Source: Octopus vulgaris | Taxonomy: Eukaryota | Assembly: GCA_951406725.2 (NCBI GenBank) | Contig: OX597834.1 | Span: forward strand, 27,652,001 to 27,716,000 | DNA length: 64,000 nt | Direction of reading: 5' to 3' | Shown: positions 1 to 12,835 of the stretch, piece by piece | How positions within the stretch are numbered: position 1 is the stretch's first letter | Layout of the letters: every line of letters begins with the position of its first letter | Program-made: the position numbers and the translations under genes | Notes under the pieces: model-generated | Databases searched by the model: none | The model's input: only the letters and a program-made list of their open reading frames with translations | What the model was told of the DNA's origin: nothing

Positions 1-56
<56 letters not shown>

Positions 57-70
57 AACACACACACACA

Positions 71-200
71 GAGGCGTGGCTGTTTAGCAAAACATTTACT
101 CCGAAACACGGAGTTCCAAGTCCAGTCCGACTGCATGGCACTTTGGTCAAGAGTCTTCCACACAAGAAAAACTTGTGAGTGGTGGTAGACGGAAGCAGAC
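71..200 (+). mobile_element. Degenerate 5' part of SINE family A
   Basis: Diverged match to the family A head (gtggctg...ccagtccgactgcatggcac...ttgtgagtgg...gtagacggaa) seen intact at 35985-36390. Confidence 0.65.
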
Positions 201-489
201 GATTGCTTTGAAACTCGCTCTCTCTTCTTATAGTTTACACTTATTTACCCCTCTTTCCTTCATTCCTTCTGTCTTAAATCCCTTCTCCCTTTCAATAACT
301 TCATATCTTGACTGCAAAAATTCATCATATCTCTTTATTATTCTCCTAGCTTGTACTCCTTTCTTTCTTTTATTATATTGTCTTTCACCTGACACCACTC
401 TTCCTTCTACATCTCTCCTCCTCCTACTCTTCCTTCTCCTCCCTGTATGTCTGTCTATTTGTGTATCACTATGAATTTATTTTTCACGC

Positions 490-830
490 TATCTACTTAT
501 CTATCTATCTATCTATCTACCTACCTATCTATCAATCTATCTATCTATCTATCTATCAATCAATCTATCTATCTATCCATTTATTTCTCTATCTACTTAA
601 CTATCAATCTGTCTGTCTGTCTATCCATTTATCTGTCTACTTATCTATCTATATATCTGTCTGTCTATCTATATATCTGTCTACCTATCTATCTATATGT
701 CTATCTATCTATCTATCTATCTATCTATCAATATATCTATCTATATATCTATTGGTCTGCCTATCTGATTACCTGTCTTGTCTGTCTATCTCGCTGCCTG
801 TCTACCTATGAATCTGACTATCTGTCTGTC
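490..830. repeat. (CTAT)n/(CTGT)n compound microsatellite
   Basis: Visible tetranucleotide arrays; they give the SIYL/YLSI pseudo-ORFs. Confidence 0.95.
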
Positions 831-1574
831 TATCTTTTCATCAAATAGTCTGTTAATATTTCTATTTCTCTCTCTCTCCTGCTCTCCTTCTCTCTCTCAG
901 TCCCTCTCTCTCTCACTCTCTCCCTCTCTCACTCTCTCTCACCTCCTTCTCTACCACCACCATCATACAACCACAAACTCAGTCTCTCTCTCTCTCCCTC
1001 ATCCAAACAATCACTCATTCACAACATTATTTTTTACGTTTTCAATCCCCTCTCTTTTACTCCTTCCATCTTTCTGTCTTCTCCTATCCATTCCACCCCA
1101 CCAATCTCCTTCATTCACTTCCTCCAACGCTACTTTAAATTTACATAAAGTCTTATCGTCTGCCCTCTTCCATTCCAATATTTGCAACGCTCCAATTGGT
1201 TTCAAGCAGACGACATACAGACAAAATTTAATGAAGCTAACACAATCTTGTTAAGTCCACTTAACACAACAGCAACAACAAAAACTACAACAAAAACAAT
1301 ATACTTGATGACGATTGTTACAATAATCGTGATTATCTTCTTGGTTGAAAATATGTTAGGCAACTCCGAGTTTTTTTTTTCTTTTTCTCTGTTGCAATAT
1401 AATTCTCTTCTCCCCTACATCTCTCTCCGTCTCTTTCCATCTCTCTGTCTGTTTGTCTCTCTTTCTGTCTTTCTCGCCCTCTTTGCGTGTGTCTCTCTCG
1501 CATATATGTACGTACAGAGGCTCATATGTTTGTATATTTGTGTGTATGTAGATATATATGTATGTATTTAATGT

Positions 1575-1583
1575 GTGCGTATG

Positions 1584-1629
<46 letters not shown>

Positions 1630-1630
1630 A

Positions 1631-1715
<85 letters not shown>

Positions 1716-2052
1716 AAGTATATATATATATTATGTATGTATATATATATATATATATATATTATGTATATATATATGTATATATGTATATGTATACATA
1801 TATTATGTATATATATATATATATATGTGTGTGTGTGAGTATATATATATTTATATATATACATATATATATATATATATGTATATATAGATACATATGT
1901 GTATATATGCATATATATTCGTGGGCGTGCACACGCTCACACGCAGAGAAATATACAGACACACCTACACACAGACACACACACACACTCTCATACCTAC
2001 ACATGTGCGTAGGTTTGATGATACAAAGGGAAAAATAGAACTCACCGCATAA

Positions 2053-2136
<84 letters not shown>
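1575..2136. repeat. (TA)n, (CA)n and (TG)n microsatellite cluster
   Basis: Direct reading. Confidence 0.95.
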
Positions 2137-2138
<2 letters not shown>

Positions 2139-2139
2139 C

Positions 2140-2445
2140 ACATTTGATAGGCAGAAGTTGCAGAATGACTCGGGGATCTAGAATTTCGGGCGTTGGCGGA
2201 CCGGCGCCCATGGATAACAACCTGTCCTGGCAGTGCTACCGAGGGGCTCTGCCTGATCGCGATAAACTCTTCAGGCACAGATGTGCAGACATACGAACAT
2301 GTCCGAGATGCGAACAGAGCAACGAAATTGTTCTGCACGCTATCGTACAGTGTTCATTTATTTCGGATCTATGAGTTTACGTAGAACACCTACTGTCGCG
2401 TTTGGGAGAAGTACAGTTGTGAACTGAGTCCATCATCAAAATTGT
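2140..2445 (+). mobile_element. L1/Tx1-like LINE ORF2 C-terminal fragment (zf-RVT-like zinc knuckle), decayed
   Basis: LSWQCYRGALPDRDKLFRHRCADIRTCPRCEQSNEIVLHAIVQC fits the W-x4-G-x-LP...CPxC-x4-E-x3-H-x4-C motif; in-frame stops follow. Confidence 0.7.
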
Positions 2446-2449
2446 CAAA

Positions 2450-2825
2450 CTGGCAGAAACGTTAGCACGCCGGGCGAAATGCATAGCCGTATTTCGTCTG
2501 CCGTTACGTTGTGAGTTCGAATTCCGCCGAGGTCGACTTTGCCTTTCATCCTTTCGGGGTCGATAAATTAAGTACCAGTTCCGCACTGGGGTCGATGTAA
2601 TCGACTTAATACCTATGTCTGTCCTTGTTTGTCCCCTCTGTGTGTAGCTCCTTGTGGGTAGTAAAGAAATAGGTATTTCGTCTGCCGTTACGTTTTGAGT
2701 TCAAATTCCGCCGAGGAAGACTTTGGCTTTCATCCTTTCGGGGTCGATAAATTAAGCACCATTCACGTACTGTGTTCCATCTAATCGGCTGGCCCCCTCC
2801 CATAAAATCTTGATCTCTTGGCACT
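2450..2825 (+). mobile_element. SINE family B dimer: unit 2450-2671 plus a head-less unit with the alternative (B') tail
   Basis: tRNA-like A box (tggcagaaacgttag) and B box (gagttcgattcc); core gcctttcatcctttcggggtcgataaattaagtaccag resembles the Meta/MESC SINE core; junction gaaataggtatttc at 2666-2679. Confidence 0.9.
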
Positions 2826-2844
2826 GCCATGCCGATTATTAAGC

Positions 2845-3410
2845 ACTCTTGTTTGTCTCTCTCTTAATATTGCAATATCCGGTCTTCAGTGCTCTAACAC
2901 CTTGTCTGTCTGGAAGTCAAAGTCCCAGACAAGCTTTGTCCTCCCGTTTTCATTCATTAGCTTTACCGGTGTATGTTGGTACCAACCACCCTTTACCTTG
3001 CATCCATATTTCCGGCATAGTAGTCAGTGAAGATTTTGGGCTACCCTGTGGTGTCTGCGCTTGTACTGTCTCTGCACAAGAGTTTCACAAGCACTAACAA
3101 TGTGAGTCGAGCTTTCGACCTTCTTCCCACACATTCTACAGAGGTTCGTTGCACTTGTGTGGCATGTATCTCTTTTCACTGAGTTGGTATTCAATGCCTG
3201 GTCCTAGGTAACTATGATTAAGCTTTCAGTTTTCATTTCAATGTCACTCTTGCTGAAAAACCTCCATGATGCTTCCTGGTGTTTTAAGTTGTTAGTTTTA
3301 CCATTTAATTCAATGCGGATAAATATTTCTTCTCTTTACTTGGCTATTCGTGATTGGAATTCATTAGCACTCTCAACTGTAAGTCCTTGTGCATTAACAA
3401 TATATTGTAG
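2845..3410 (-). mobile_element. R4/Dong-like non-LTR retrotransposon fragment (CCHC finger plus start of restriction-like endonuclease), pseudogenised
   Basis: Minus strand reads TESLIIVT*DQALNTN...CRMCGKKVESSTHIVSAC...YKRRHHRVA...WYQHTP...VWDFDFQTD...RPDI. Confidence 0.85.
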
Positions 3411-3414
3411 CAGT

Positions 3415-3563
3415 CTTCCTCTTCTTCTTCTTCTTCTTCTTCTTCTTCTTCTTCTTCTTCTTCTTCTTCTTCTTCTTCTTCTTCTTCTTCTTCTTCTTCT
3501 TCTTCTTCTTCTTCTTCTTCTTCTTCTTCTCCTTCTTCGTCTTCTTCCTCCTCTTCTTCTTCT
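3415..3563. repeat. (CTT)n microsatellite
   Basis: Direct reading. Confidence 0.97.
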
Positions 3564-4220
3564 TGGTATTCAGTGCCTGATCCTGAGCAGCTATGATTAG
3601 GCTTTCAGTATTCTCTTTCAGGTCACCCTTGTTAAGCCACCTCCATGATGCTTCTTGGTCTTATAATTTGTTAGTTCCACTGTGGAATCGACCATGTAAT
3701 ACAATGCGGAGTAGGGTTCTTCTCTCACGTTGGCTCTTCGTGATCGGAATTCATGAGCACCCTCAAGTCCAATTTTGGTAAACCATTTTGCATTAGCAGT
3801 ATACAGTAGCAGGTCTTGTTTGCTGCTTACCAAATATTCTGCCATGTTTCTTCTTTCGCTTTTGATGCACTCCCGTATGCTAATCAACCAACGTTCACCT
3901 TTACCCTTCTTCATGTAGAGCCTGTGTACGCTCGCCTTAGGGTGAGCGTACACAGCATGCATAGTCATTGCTTTTTTGGGTAGCGTGATCAAGTTGGTTA
4001 ATCTCTGCATTTGTTCACTTCAGGATGGGTGCACTATAGCGGACTACAGCAACAGCTCATATGTTGATGGTAGTCAAAAGATTCCTTGAGTTGAGCTTTG
4101 ATTTCAAGAGAAATGTGAGCCGCTTCAAATATGCAATGATGACCTTGGCTTTCATTTCTCTGAGCAAGATATTAACCAGCTCCAATATTCCAAGTTACTT
4201 GTACCCATCATCATCCGGAT
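3563..4220 (-). mobile_element. R4/Dong-like retrotransposon fragment (RT C-terminus/thumb), pseudogenised
   Basis: YK*LGILE..., HPKASVHRLYMKKGKGERWLISI (cf. HPKADxxRLYxxRxxGGRGL), ending TESLIIAAQDQALNT. Confidence 0.85.
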
Positions 4221-4226
4221 AGTGAC

Positions 4227-4400
4227 CTGGCAGAATCGTTAGCACACGTGTGAGTTCGAATCCCACCGAGGTCGAATTTGTCTCATCCTTCCGAGGTCGA
4301 TAAAATGAACGTCAGTTACGCGCTGGGGTCGATCTAAACGACTAACCCCCGCCCCACAAATTTTAGGTTTCCTGCCTATAGTAGAAAGAATTATTATCTT
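4227..4400 (+). mobile_element. SINE B' (older subfamily, internally deleted)
   Basis: ctggcagaatcgttagcac...gagttcgaatccc...catccttccgaggtcgataaaatga...gcctatagtagaaagaattatt. Confidence 0.8.
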
Positions 4401-4544
4401 CATTCAATATATATGTATATGTATGTGTTCGTGCGTGTGTGTAAGTATATTTTTGTGTGTATGTGTATGTGTGTGCATGTGGGGGGGGGGGCGTGTATAC
4501 ATGCACATATAGACACACATTACACACATATATGTATATATAAA

Positions 4545-4980
<436 letters not shown>

Positions 4981-5614
4981 AGTACATCTGATGAGCTTCT
5001 TCAAAGTATCTATCTGTTAAAATTACTCTCTCATTCCTCCTGTTGATCCGACATTGTTGCACAAGATACTTACTTTAGGATGTTGTGAAGTGGGGATTGC
5101 ATCTGAACCTACGTACTGATAAAGCAAACCTTTAAATCCCTTATCAATCTATTTATTTGGCCATTCGCTTACTTTAATTGCTACCAACCTTCCTACATGC
5201 CTACCTACCGTTCTACCTATCATTTTACTTTCCATCTAACATACCCATATACACTTCTTTACTTATCCACCGAAATACTTATCTACCTATTATTTTACCT
5301 GCCTTCCAACATACTTATCTATCTATATCATCGTGTCATTGTAATAGATACTTTCTATTGTAATCTTCCCACTCGTTTGACTAATGTTTTCATTTTCTAC
5401 ACACACGCACACACATATGCACACACATACACGCACACACACACGCACGTACCCACTCATTCATTCCCTTCAGTTACCATTTCTGTAATCTTTTCCGCCC
5501 ATACGTGATTATTATATCATATGGAATTTTGATCGTGGGACGAAAGGAATCGACCGACCAAAGCAGAGCAGAATCGCGTACAAGCTGAACAACTCCCCAC
5601 ACAAATACCCTGTG

Positions 5615-6072
5615 CCCTGTTCCGGGTCGCTCATATGGCATGCAGCTTTTGGATTAAGAAATATATATAAAAAAAAAAACAAATTTATTATTTTTATGTA
5701 TTTTTTATTTATATATTTTTAAAAGAAAACTCTGCTGTACAAATCTTTCATAAAACCAAAATTGGAATCCAGGAATGCAAGAAAACCATAGCTTTCAGAG
5801 TACAAGACATATCATTACGGGCGCTGCCCTGTACCTCTTTAAGTGCTTTGATTCCTGGGGTTGCCCATATGGTTACAACTCTTAGAGAAAAAAAAAAGCT
5901 GTTTTATTTATTTATTTCCTATGTTTTTATCTATATGTCTTTGGAACCAGGTTCGGATGTACGAAACTTTCATACAATCGAAATTAGGACCTAGGAATGC
6001 AGGACAACCATAGCTTCCAAAGAATGACAAAAGATATGAATGAGGGCGCTCCTCTCAAACGCTTTAAGTGTT
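5615..6072. repeat. Two diverged tandem units of about 225-230 bp
   Basis: aggaatgca(a/g)ga(a/c)aaccatagctt...gggcgct...tttaagtg at about 5770-5845 and 5993-6070; ggg(t)cgctcatatgg at 5624 versus ggttgcccatatgg at 5859. Confidence 0.55.
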
Positions 6073-6470
6073 ATTTTAATAAAAAAAAATAAGATGGTTC
6101 TATTTGCTATTCTTTACTTCTTTCTCTCTCGCCTTTCTTTTTCTTCACTGTGTTTTTGCTTAACGTATTTTTCAAAAGCCCTCAATCACCCAAACAAATC
6201 CTCTCGAAGTGTTCCTCCTTCATTATTTTGCATTATTTATCTGAGCAAGATTTTTTGCATGTGTGCATACTCTACACATCTGTAGAGTAATGCCGCGTTA
6301 CCAATTCTGTTTATTGGTCTTCTGCTACTGAGACGATGGTGCCTGTTTTCATGCCCTTTTGCTTGAGAAAACATCGCTTAAATGTCTCCTTCCGCGGTTG
6401 ACGGTCGCATTTTGTATATTATGCTTAGTTTTTCTTTCTTTTTAAATATCTTTACTTCATTTGTTCTATA

Positions 6471-6603
<133 letters not shown>

Positions 6604-6679
6604 GTATGTATATGTACATATATATATACATATATATATACATGTATATGTATATATATACATACATATATACATACAT

Positions 6680-6734
<55 letters not shown>

Positions 6735-7888
6735 CATACATATACACATATATTACAAAGTTGTATATACGCATATTGTCTTTATCTGCCTCTTTCTTTC
6801 TCAAACGTTTACACACAGACACACACACTCACACACACACACGTACGCACATGCTCACACATACATAAATCCACAGGCATCGTGACATAAGAGCACACAC
6901 TATCAGGCAACATCCTTTATCAGGCAATACAGAAAGGTGTACTTGTTTACGACATTATTACGGTAAGATTAAAATATACAAAAACTAGAATAAAGAAAAA
7001 AGAAAACCAAAGAATCGTGCACCAATTCGAAGACACCCACCTCAAAAAACAATAAAATAACAAAAGAAAAAAATGAATCACTACCGCCATGTTGAATTCT
7101 TGGGCCGATTCATATAATCTGTTATTAATAGAATAAATAATCGTGAAAGCAAAGCTATCAACAAACCCTCCGAGATAAAAGCAGGAGTATATTGTTTGAG
7201 TATTATGCTGTTTTAAGTTTCATAAATCACATATGGTTTACACGTGAATGCATGCATGCTGTGTAAATATGTAATGAAATTGTATACCTTGCATGTCATG
7301 CCGAGGAGATGGTCTGGTACAGCTGAAGACACTCAGAACATAAAAGATGAATCCAATTGGAATTTCGATAGCTACACGCTCGTTGTTTTTTGTTTTAAAC
7401 TTGACAATGACGCGTCGAGGTCTTCATTCGCAGCACGTTTTCTGTCAACGAAGTATATAAAAGATACACCGAAGTCGCCAATTGCGAGCGAGTATAAGCA
7501 AGTAGTATGTACCTGAGATTTCGCGTATGTGGGCACTCACAGCAGACTTAGGGAGAGAGAGACAGACAGACAGCAAAGAATCGAGGGATGTGAAGGCTGG
7601 AGGGATATGACAGAGGGCAGCACTAACAGTAGGCTGGTACTCATATTCAGCTGAGTAGAATGGTTTAGGAGTTTTTATTACTTATATAATAAACTACTTG
7701 TTCGTTCGCCCGTTACACATTAGTTAGTTAGAGAGATGGAGGTGGAGTGAGTGAGAGAAACAGAGGAGTGAAGAAAGAAGACAGGAAAAAAGTAGAGAAA
7801 AGGGATTAATATTAATACACTTTTTTATATTGACATCACTTACGATTAAGTGCAATACTTTATGTGTGGGGTAGTGGTTGTCGAAGTT

Positions 7889-8108
7889 GGCAGAATCGTT
7901 AGCACGCCGGGCGAAATGCGTAGCCGTATTTCGTCTGCCATTACGTTCTGAGTTCAAACTCCACCGAGGTCGACTTTGCCTTTCATCCTTTCAGGGTCGA
8001 TAAATTAAGTAGCAGTTACGCACTGGGGTCGATATAATCGACTTAATCCGTGTGTCTGTCCTTGTTTGTCCTCTCTGTGTTTAGCCCCTTGTGGGTAGTA
8101 AAGAAATA
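7889..8108 (+). mobile_element. SINE family B monomer with 13 bp target-site duplication
   Basis: Complete body to aaagaaata; TSD ggttgtcgaagtt at 7876-7888 and 8109-8121. Confidence 0.93.
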
Positions 8109-8262
8109 GGTTGTCGAAGTTTTGATGATGGTTTATTTTTAAGAATACACCTGGACGCACACACCTATATGCATATATACTTACGTATATGTATATATAT
8201 ATATATATATATATGCGAACATATATTTCCATTCACACATGTGTGTGTATATATATACATAC

Positions 8263-8297
<35 letters not shown>

Positions 8298-8301
8298 TAT
8301 T

Positions 8302-8376
<75 letters not shown>

Positions 8377-9084
8377 GTAACGTTTCGGCTTCGTGGATTT
8401 ATTGATAATCCTTTTTTAATCCATTTTATCAAGTTTTGTAATCTTGTCAATTGTCTTCTGACGCTCCATGTGAAAATATTACAAGAGTATTATGCCACAC
8501 CGAATAACTTATTAAATTTGTAGTTACTGATTCGTATCTGGCTCCAAATGGATATCTGAATACTACAAAGAAATTGAGAGACAACTACTCTATCGACTGA
8601 GAAAGTGCATCAAAAAATCGAAATTAAATTCATAAATATGTAAATATAAAATAAAATCTAGTAACCATCAGCACTAGAGTATTTTGGATTTGTTGCTGTT
8701 GTTGTTGTTTTAAACATTATCATAATGTTTTCATCTATCGCTTATATTTTACGTAAAAGCTTCCAAGTTTTCATAACTAAGAAATGAACTCGATTTCCCG
8801 TGTGTTGTCGTTATGTGACAAGCCGGTTGAACGAGGTGGAAAGAAATCATGTATCAAATGCAGACAAGGGATCAAATTGTTCTATGGATCAAGACATTGA
8901 TTACTGAACGGTTTATATAGCTTCATGGTTCATTTAGGCATCATTGTATTATACTTAGCAATCGTCGATGCTGACATATGTGAATGTGTGTGTATACATA
9001 CATACATACATACATACATACATACATACATACATACATACATACATACATACATACATACATACATACATACATACATACATA

Positions 9085-9422
9085 GTGGCTGCCCCCTCGT
9101 TATCGAATATGGCCATTGCACAAAGTTTAATCAATGTTGTTATCGTGCAATGCCTGTGCAAGAAGATTTTTTTAAAGTGAGGAAAGGCTGTGCACTGAGT
9201 CAATCTCACTCACTAAGCAACAGCAGTCATAATCCGAAAAGAAGAACAAGTCAACATCATCGGTAACCACTGAGCCGCAGGTTTTATATCGGAGTTATCC
9301 CAGTTACCTGAGTTACCTTCTCCTAGAAGGATGCCCTAACAAAGGCTAGGAGTCCTTCACTCCCAATGGTTTAACCGCGCGATCGGGTATTCAGTCCGAT
9401 TATTTCTATCTCCCCGCGCATG
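9085..9422 (-). mobile_element. Family F non-coding retroposon, 5'-truncated copy inside (CATA)n
   Basis: Highly similar to 38706-39040 with the same left end gtggctgcccc; (CATA)n on both sides; strand inferred from the truncation pattern. Confidence 0.75.
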
Positions 9423-9602
9423 CATACATACATACATACATACATACAAACATACATACATACATACATACATACATACATACATACATACATGCATGCA
9501 TGCATACATACATACATACATACATACATGATACATACATACATACATACATACATACATACATACATACATAATACATACATACATACATACATACATA
9601 CA

Positions 9603-9630
<28 letters not shown>

Positions 9631-9633
<3 letters not shown>

Positions 9634-9800
9634 GAGGGCCGTGCTGACAAGGTCCTGGTTTTAAGGGTATTGCGAAGGGCTTCGTTGGAGGCCCAACATT
9701 CCGAGTTCTTTCACAGGACTTAGAAAAACTCAATGACCGCTGTGATAAGTGTCTGAATCTGAGAGAGGAATATGCTGAATAAAGCCATAATTAACTAATC
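9631..9800 (+). mobile_element. Internally deleted mariner (MITE-like) relic
   Basis: TIR-like tatgagggccgtgctgacaaggtcc followed by mariner C-terminus GLRKT/NDRCDKCLNLREEYAE* (cf. GIxKLxxRWxKCxxxxGxYVE). Confidence 0.6.
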
Positions 9801-9802
9801 CT

Positions 9803-10225
9803 TACTCTTTTACCTTACTCTTTTACTTGTTTCAGTCATTTGACTGCGGCCATGCTGGAGCACCGCCTTTAGTCGAGCAAATCGACCCCCGGGACTTATT
9901 CTTTGTAAGCCCAGTACTTATTCTATCGGTCTCTTTTTTGCCGAACCGCTAAGTAACGCGGACGTAAACACACCAGCATCGGTTGTCAAGCAATGCTAGG
10001 GGGACAAACACAGACACACAAACATATACACACACATACATATATATATATATACATATATACGACAGGCTTCTTTCAGTTTCCGTCTACCAAATCCACT
10101 CACAAGGCATTGGTCGGCCTGGGGCTATAGCAGAAGACACTCGCCCAAGATGCCGCGCAGTGGGACTGAACCCGGAACCATGTGGTTGGTTAGCAAGCTA
10201 CTTACCACACAGCCACTCCTCGCCT
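9803..10225 (-). mobile_element. SINE family A, full length
   Basis: tRNA-like head (gtggctgtgtggtaag...ggttcagtccc), internal (TA/TG)n, 3' tail (gtaaaaga)n. Confidence 0.93.
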
Positions 10226-10351
10226 ATGTATTTTTTTTTTTTTTTGCTCAAAGCCAGAAATTTTTCAGCAGCCTCTTGCACATACGGCGTCCGGTCTATT
10301 TGTCGACGGCAGTTTGTCGTCGTTGAATTTGTTCCCAGTCAATTCATCGCT

Positions 10352-10971
10352 GGTCAATTCGTCCCCTGGTCAATTCGTCCCCTGGTCAATTCGTCCCCTG
10401 GTCAATTCGTCCTCTGGTCAATTCGTCCCCTGGTCAATTCGTCCCCTGGTCAATTCGTTCTCTGGTCAATTCGTCCCCTGGTCAATTCGTCCCCTGGTCA
10501 ATTCGTCCTCTGGTCAATTCGTCCCCTGGTCAATTCGTTCTCTGGTCAATTCGTCCCCTGGTCAATTCGTCCTCTTGTCAATTCGTCCCCTTGTCAATTC
10601 GTTCTCTGGTCAATTCGTCCCCTGGTCAATTCGTCCTCTGGTCAATTCGTCCCCTGGTCAATTCGTCCTCTGGTCAATTCGTCCCCTGGTCAATTCGTTC
10701 TCTTGTCAATTCGTCCCCTGGTCAATTCGTCCTCTGGTCAATTCGTCCCCTGGTCAATTCGTTCTCTTGTCAATTCGTCCCCTGGTCAATTCGTCCTCTG
10801 GTCAATTCGTCCCCTGGTCAATTCGTTCTCTGGTCAATTCGTCCCCTGGTCAATTCGTCCTCTGGTCAATTCGTCCCCTGGTCAATTCGTTCTCTGGTCA
10901 ATTCGTCCCCTGGTCAATTCGTCCTCTGGTCAATTCGTCCCCTGGTCAATTCGTCCCCTGGTCAATTCGTC
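10352..10971. repeat. Minisatellite, 39 units (last partial) of 16 bp GGTCAATTCGTCCCCT with variants
   Basis: Exact 16 bp period from 10352 to 10960; variants ...CCTCT, ...TCTCT and TGTCAA... Confidence 0.97.
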
Positions 10972-11039
10972 GAAATCATAGAAAAAAATGGAAGAACGAA
11001 TATCTGAATTTAAAAATTTTTACTTTATGGTTTACTTAC

Positions 11040-11440
11040 TTTTCACTTTCTTTTACTTGTTTCAGTCATTTGACTGCGGCCACGCTGGAGCACCGCCTTT
11101 AGTCGAGCAAATCGACCCCCAGGATTTATTCTTTGTAAGCCCAGTACTTATTCTATCGGTCACTTTTGCCGAACCGCTAAGTGACGGGGACGTAAACACA
11201 CCAGCATCGGTTGTCAAGCAATGCTAGGGGGACAAACACAGACACACAAACATATATACACACACACACACATACACATATATACACATATACGACAGGC
11301 TTCTTTCAGTTTCCACTCACAAGGCATTGGTCGGCTCGAGGCTATAGCAGAAGACACTTGCCCAAGATGCCACGCGGCGGGACTGAACCCGGAACCATGT
11401 GGTTTGTAAGCAAGCTACTTACCACACAACCACTCCTTGC
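11040..11440 (-). mobile_element. SINE family A
   Basis: Near-identical to 9803-10225 with a small internal deletion. Confidence 0.92.
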
Positions 11441-11809
11441 TGTATTACATATTAATTTTTTTCTTAAAATTAAAACTTGTGCGTAATTGCTTTTGAAATA
11501 CTATTTTTTTGGCTCGGATCATATTTTTCCATGACATTTTTTTATACGCAGGTACATATCTCTGTACTTTTACTTTTGGCTTGGTTCTTCTCTTTGCATA
11601 AACTTCTGCAATTTGGTAATGGCAAACCTTTCTTCACATTTAATCATATCAATACGTTTCTAAATATTTCGATGACAAATATTCACTATGTTATTCAGCC
11701 TGCTGTGGTAGGCTTCTAAACTATTTGTAGAATGAGCAATCCTTGTCATACGTCGATCCCAAACATTCCATATAGGTAATGGAAATGGAGGTTCAAGGTG
11801 TCGCCTGTT

Positions 11810-12010
11810 CATACATGCATGCATACATACATACATACATACATGCATGCATACATACATACATACATATATACATACATACATACATACATACATACAT
11901 ACATACATGCATAGATACATACATACATACATACATAATACATACATACATACATACATGCATGCATACATACATACATACATACATACATACATACATA
12001 CATACATACA

Positions 12011-12040
<30 letters not shown>
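11810..12040. repeat. (CATA)n microsatellite
   Basis: Direct reading. Confidence 0.96.
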
Positions 12041-12041
<1 letters not shown>

Positions 12042-12467
12042 GATACTTTATTTTCCTATGACCAAATTTTATTCTGGTCTTATTATTAGTCAGCCCTCAA
12101 TTACAGAAGAAAGCACTTCCCCAAAGTATCTCAATTCTGCAGTCAGGGATTGAAACCTGGAACCAAGTCCTTGTAAAGAAAGCCTTCTCTCCTACACTTA
12201 GCCAGAAATGCACCTGTTGTTTACTTCAGAAACTCAGAAATAACCTTCACTCCCCACCATTGAACTCACCCAGCCATTTCCAGTGCGTGTATATATATTT
12301 TGATAGCTCGAAATCAGCAACGACAATCTTCAGTGTCCACCCACTACCCGGAAACTCACCCGAAACTGAACCGGGGGAATAAATGGTTCTTTAGGGATTT
12401 TATTTTTAGCATGTACATCACGTGATATAATCTTATTTATATACGTGCATTTACATAATCATACACA

Positions 12468-12500
<33 letters not shown>

Positions 12501-12783
12501 TTCTCCCTCTCTCCCTGTATATATAACATACAGAAACATATATAAACATATACACATACATGTATATACGCAAAAACAACTATATTAAAATACGATTATG
12601 AATGCACACACGCACATTTTTGTAAGTTTTTATATATGTATGTCCATGTGTTTATGTGTGTGTGTGTGTGTGCGTGCGCGCGAGCGCGCACGTGTGTGTA
12701 TACTCCTATATGTTTATACACAAATATACAGAGACCCTGATAATGCATATATATTTGTGTGCCTGCGTATAAGTGTGTATATA

Positions 12784-12835
<52 letters not shown>

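Larger units (their letters stand above)
10285..11810 (-). mobile_element. Mutator/MULE DNA transposon relic: 3' end of transposase plus terminal region with tandem array, interrupted by SINE A
   Basis: 11465-11810 minus reads PPFPLPIWNVWDRRMTRIAHSTNSLEAYHSRLNNIVNICHRNI*KRIDMIKCEE, matching the MULE C-terminal FP-x2-WN...RTNNxxExWH...HPNIW motif; terminus cggcgtccggtc followed by 15-16 bp repeats. Confidence 0.75.

Noticed and set aside
4988-4994. CTGATGA motif (also 20199-20205 and 39399-39405)
   Set aside because: No helix II followed by GAAA and no helix I pairing; chance heptamers.
8378-8930. Unique-looking segment starting with a half hammerhead motif (minus-strand gccGAAACGTT)
   Set aside because: No upstream CUGANGA and no sustained ORF; it cannot be assigned.
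10352-10971. Possible CRISPR array
   Set aside because: Units are contiguous with no unique spacers, there are no cas genes and the context is eukaryotic.
9983-11102. 332 aa and 262 aa ORFs with a 16-residue repeat
   Set aside because: All three plus-strand frames are open because the 16 bp unit lacks stops; the N-terminus is antisense SINE sequence.
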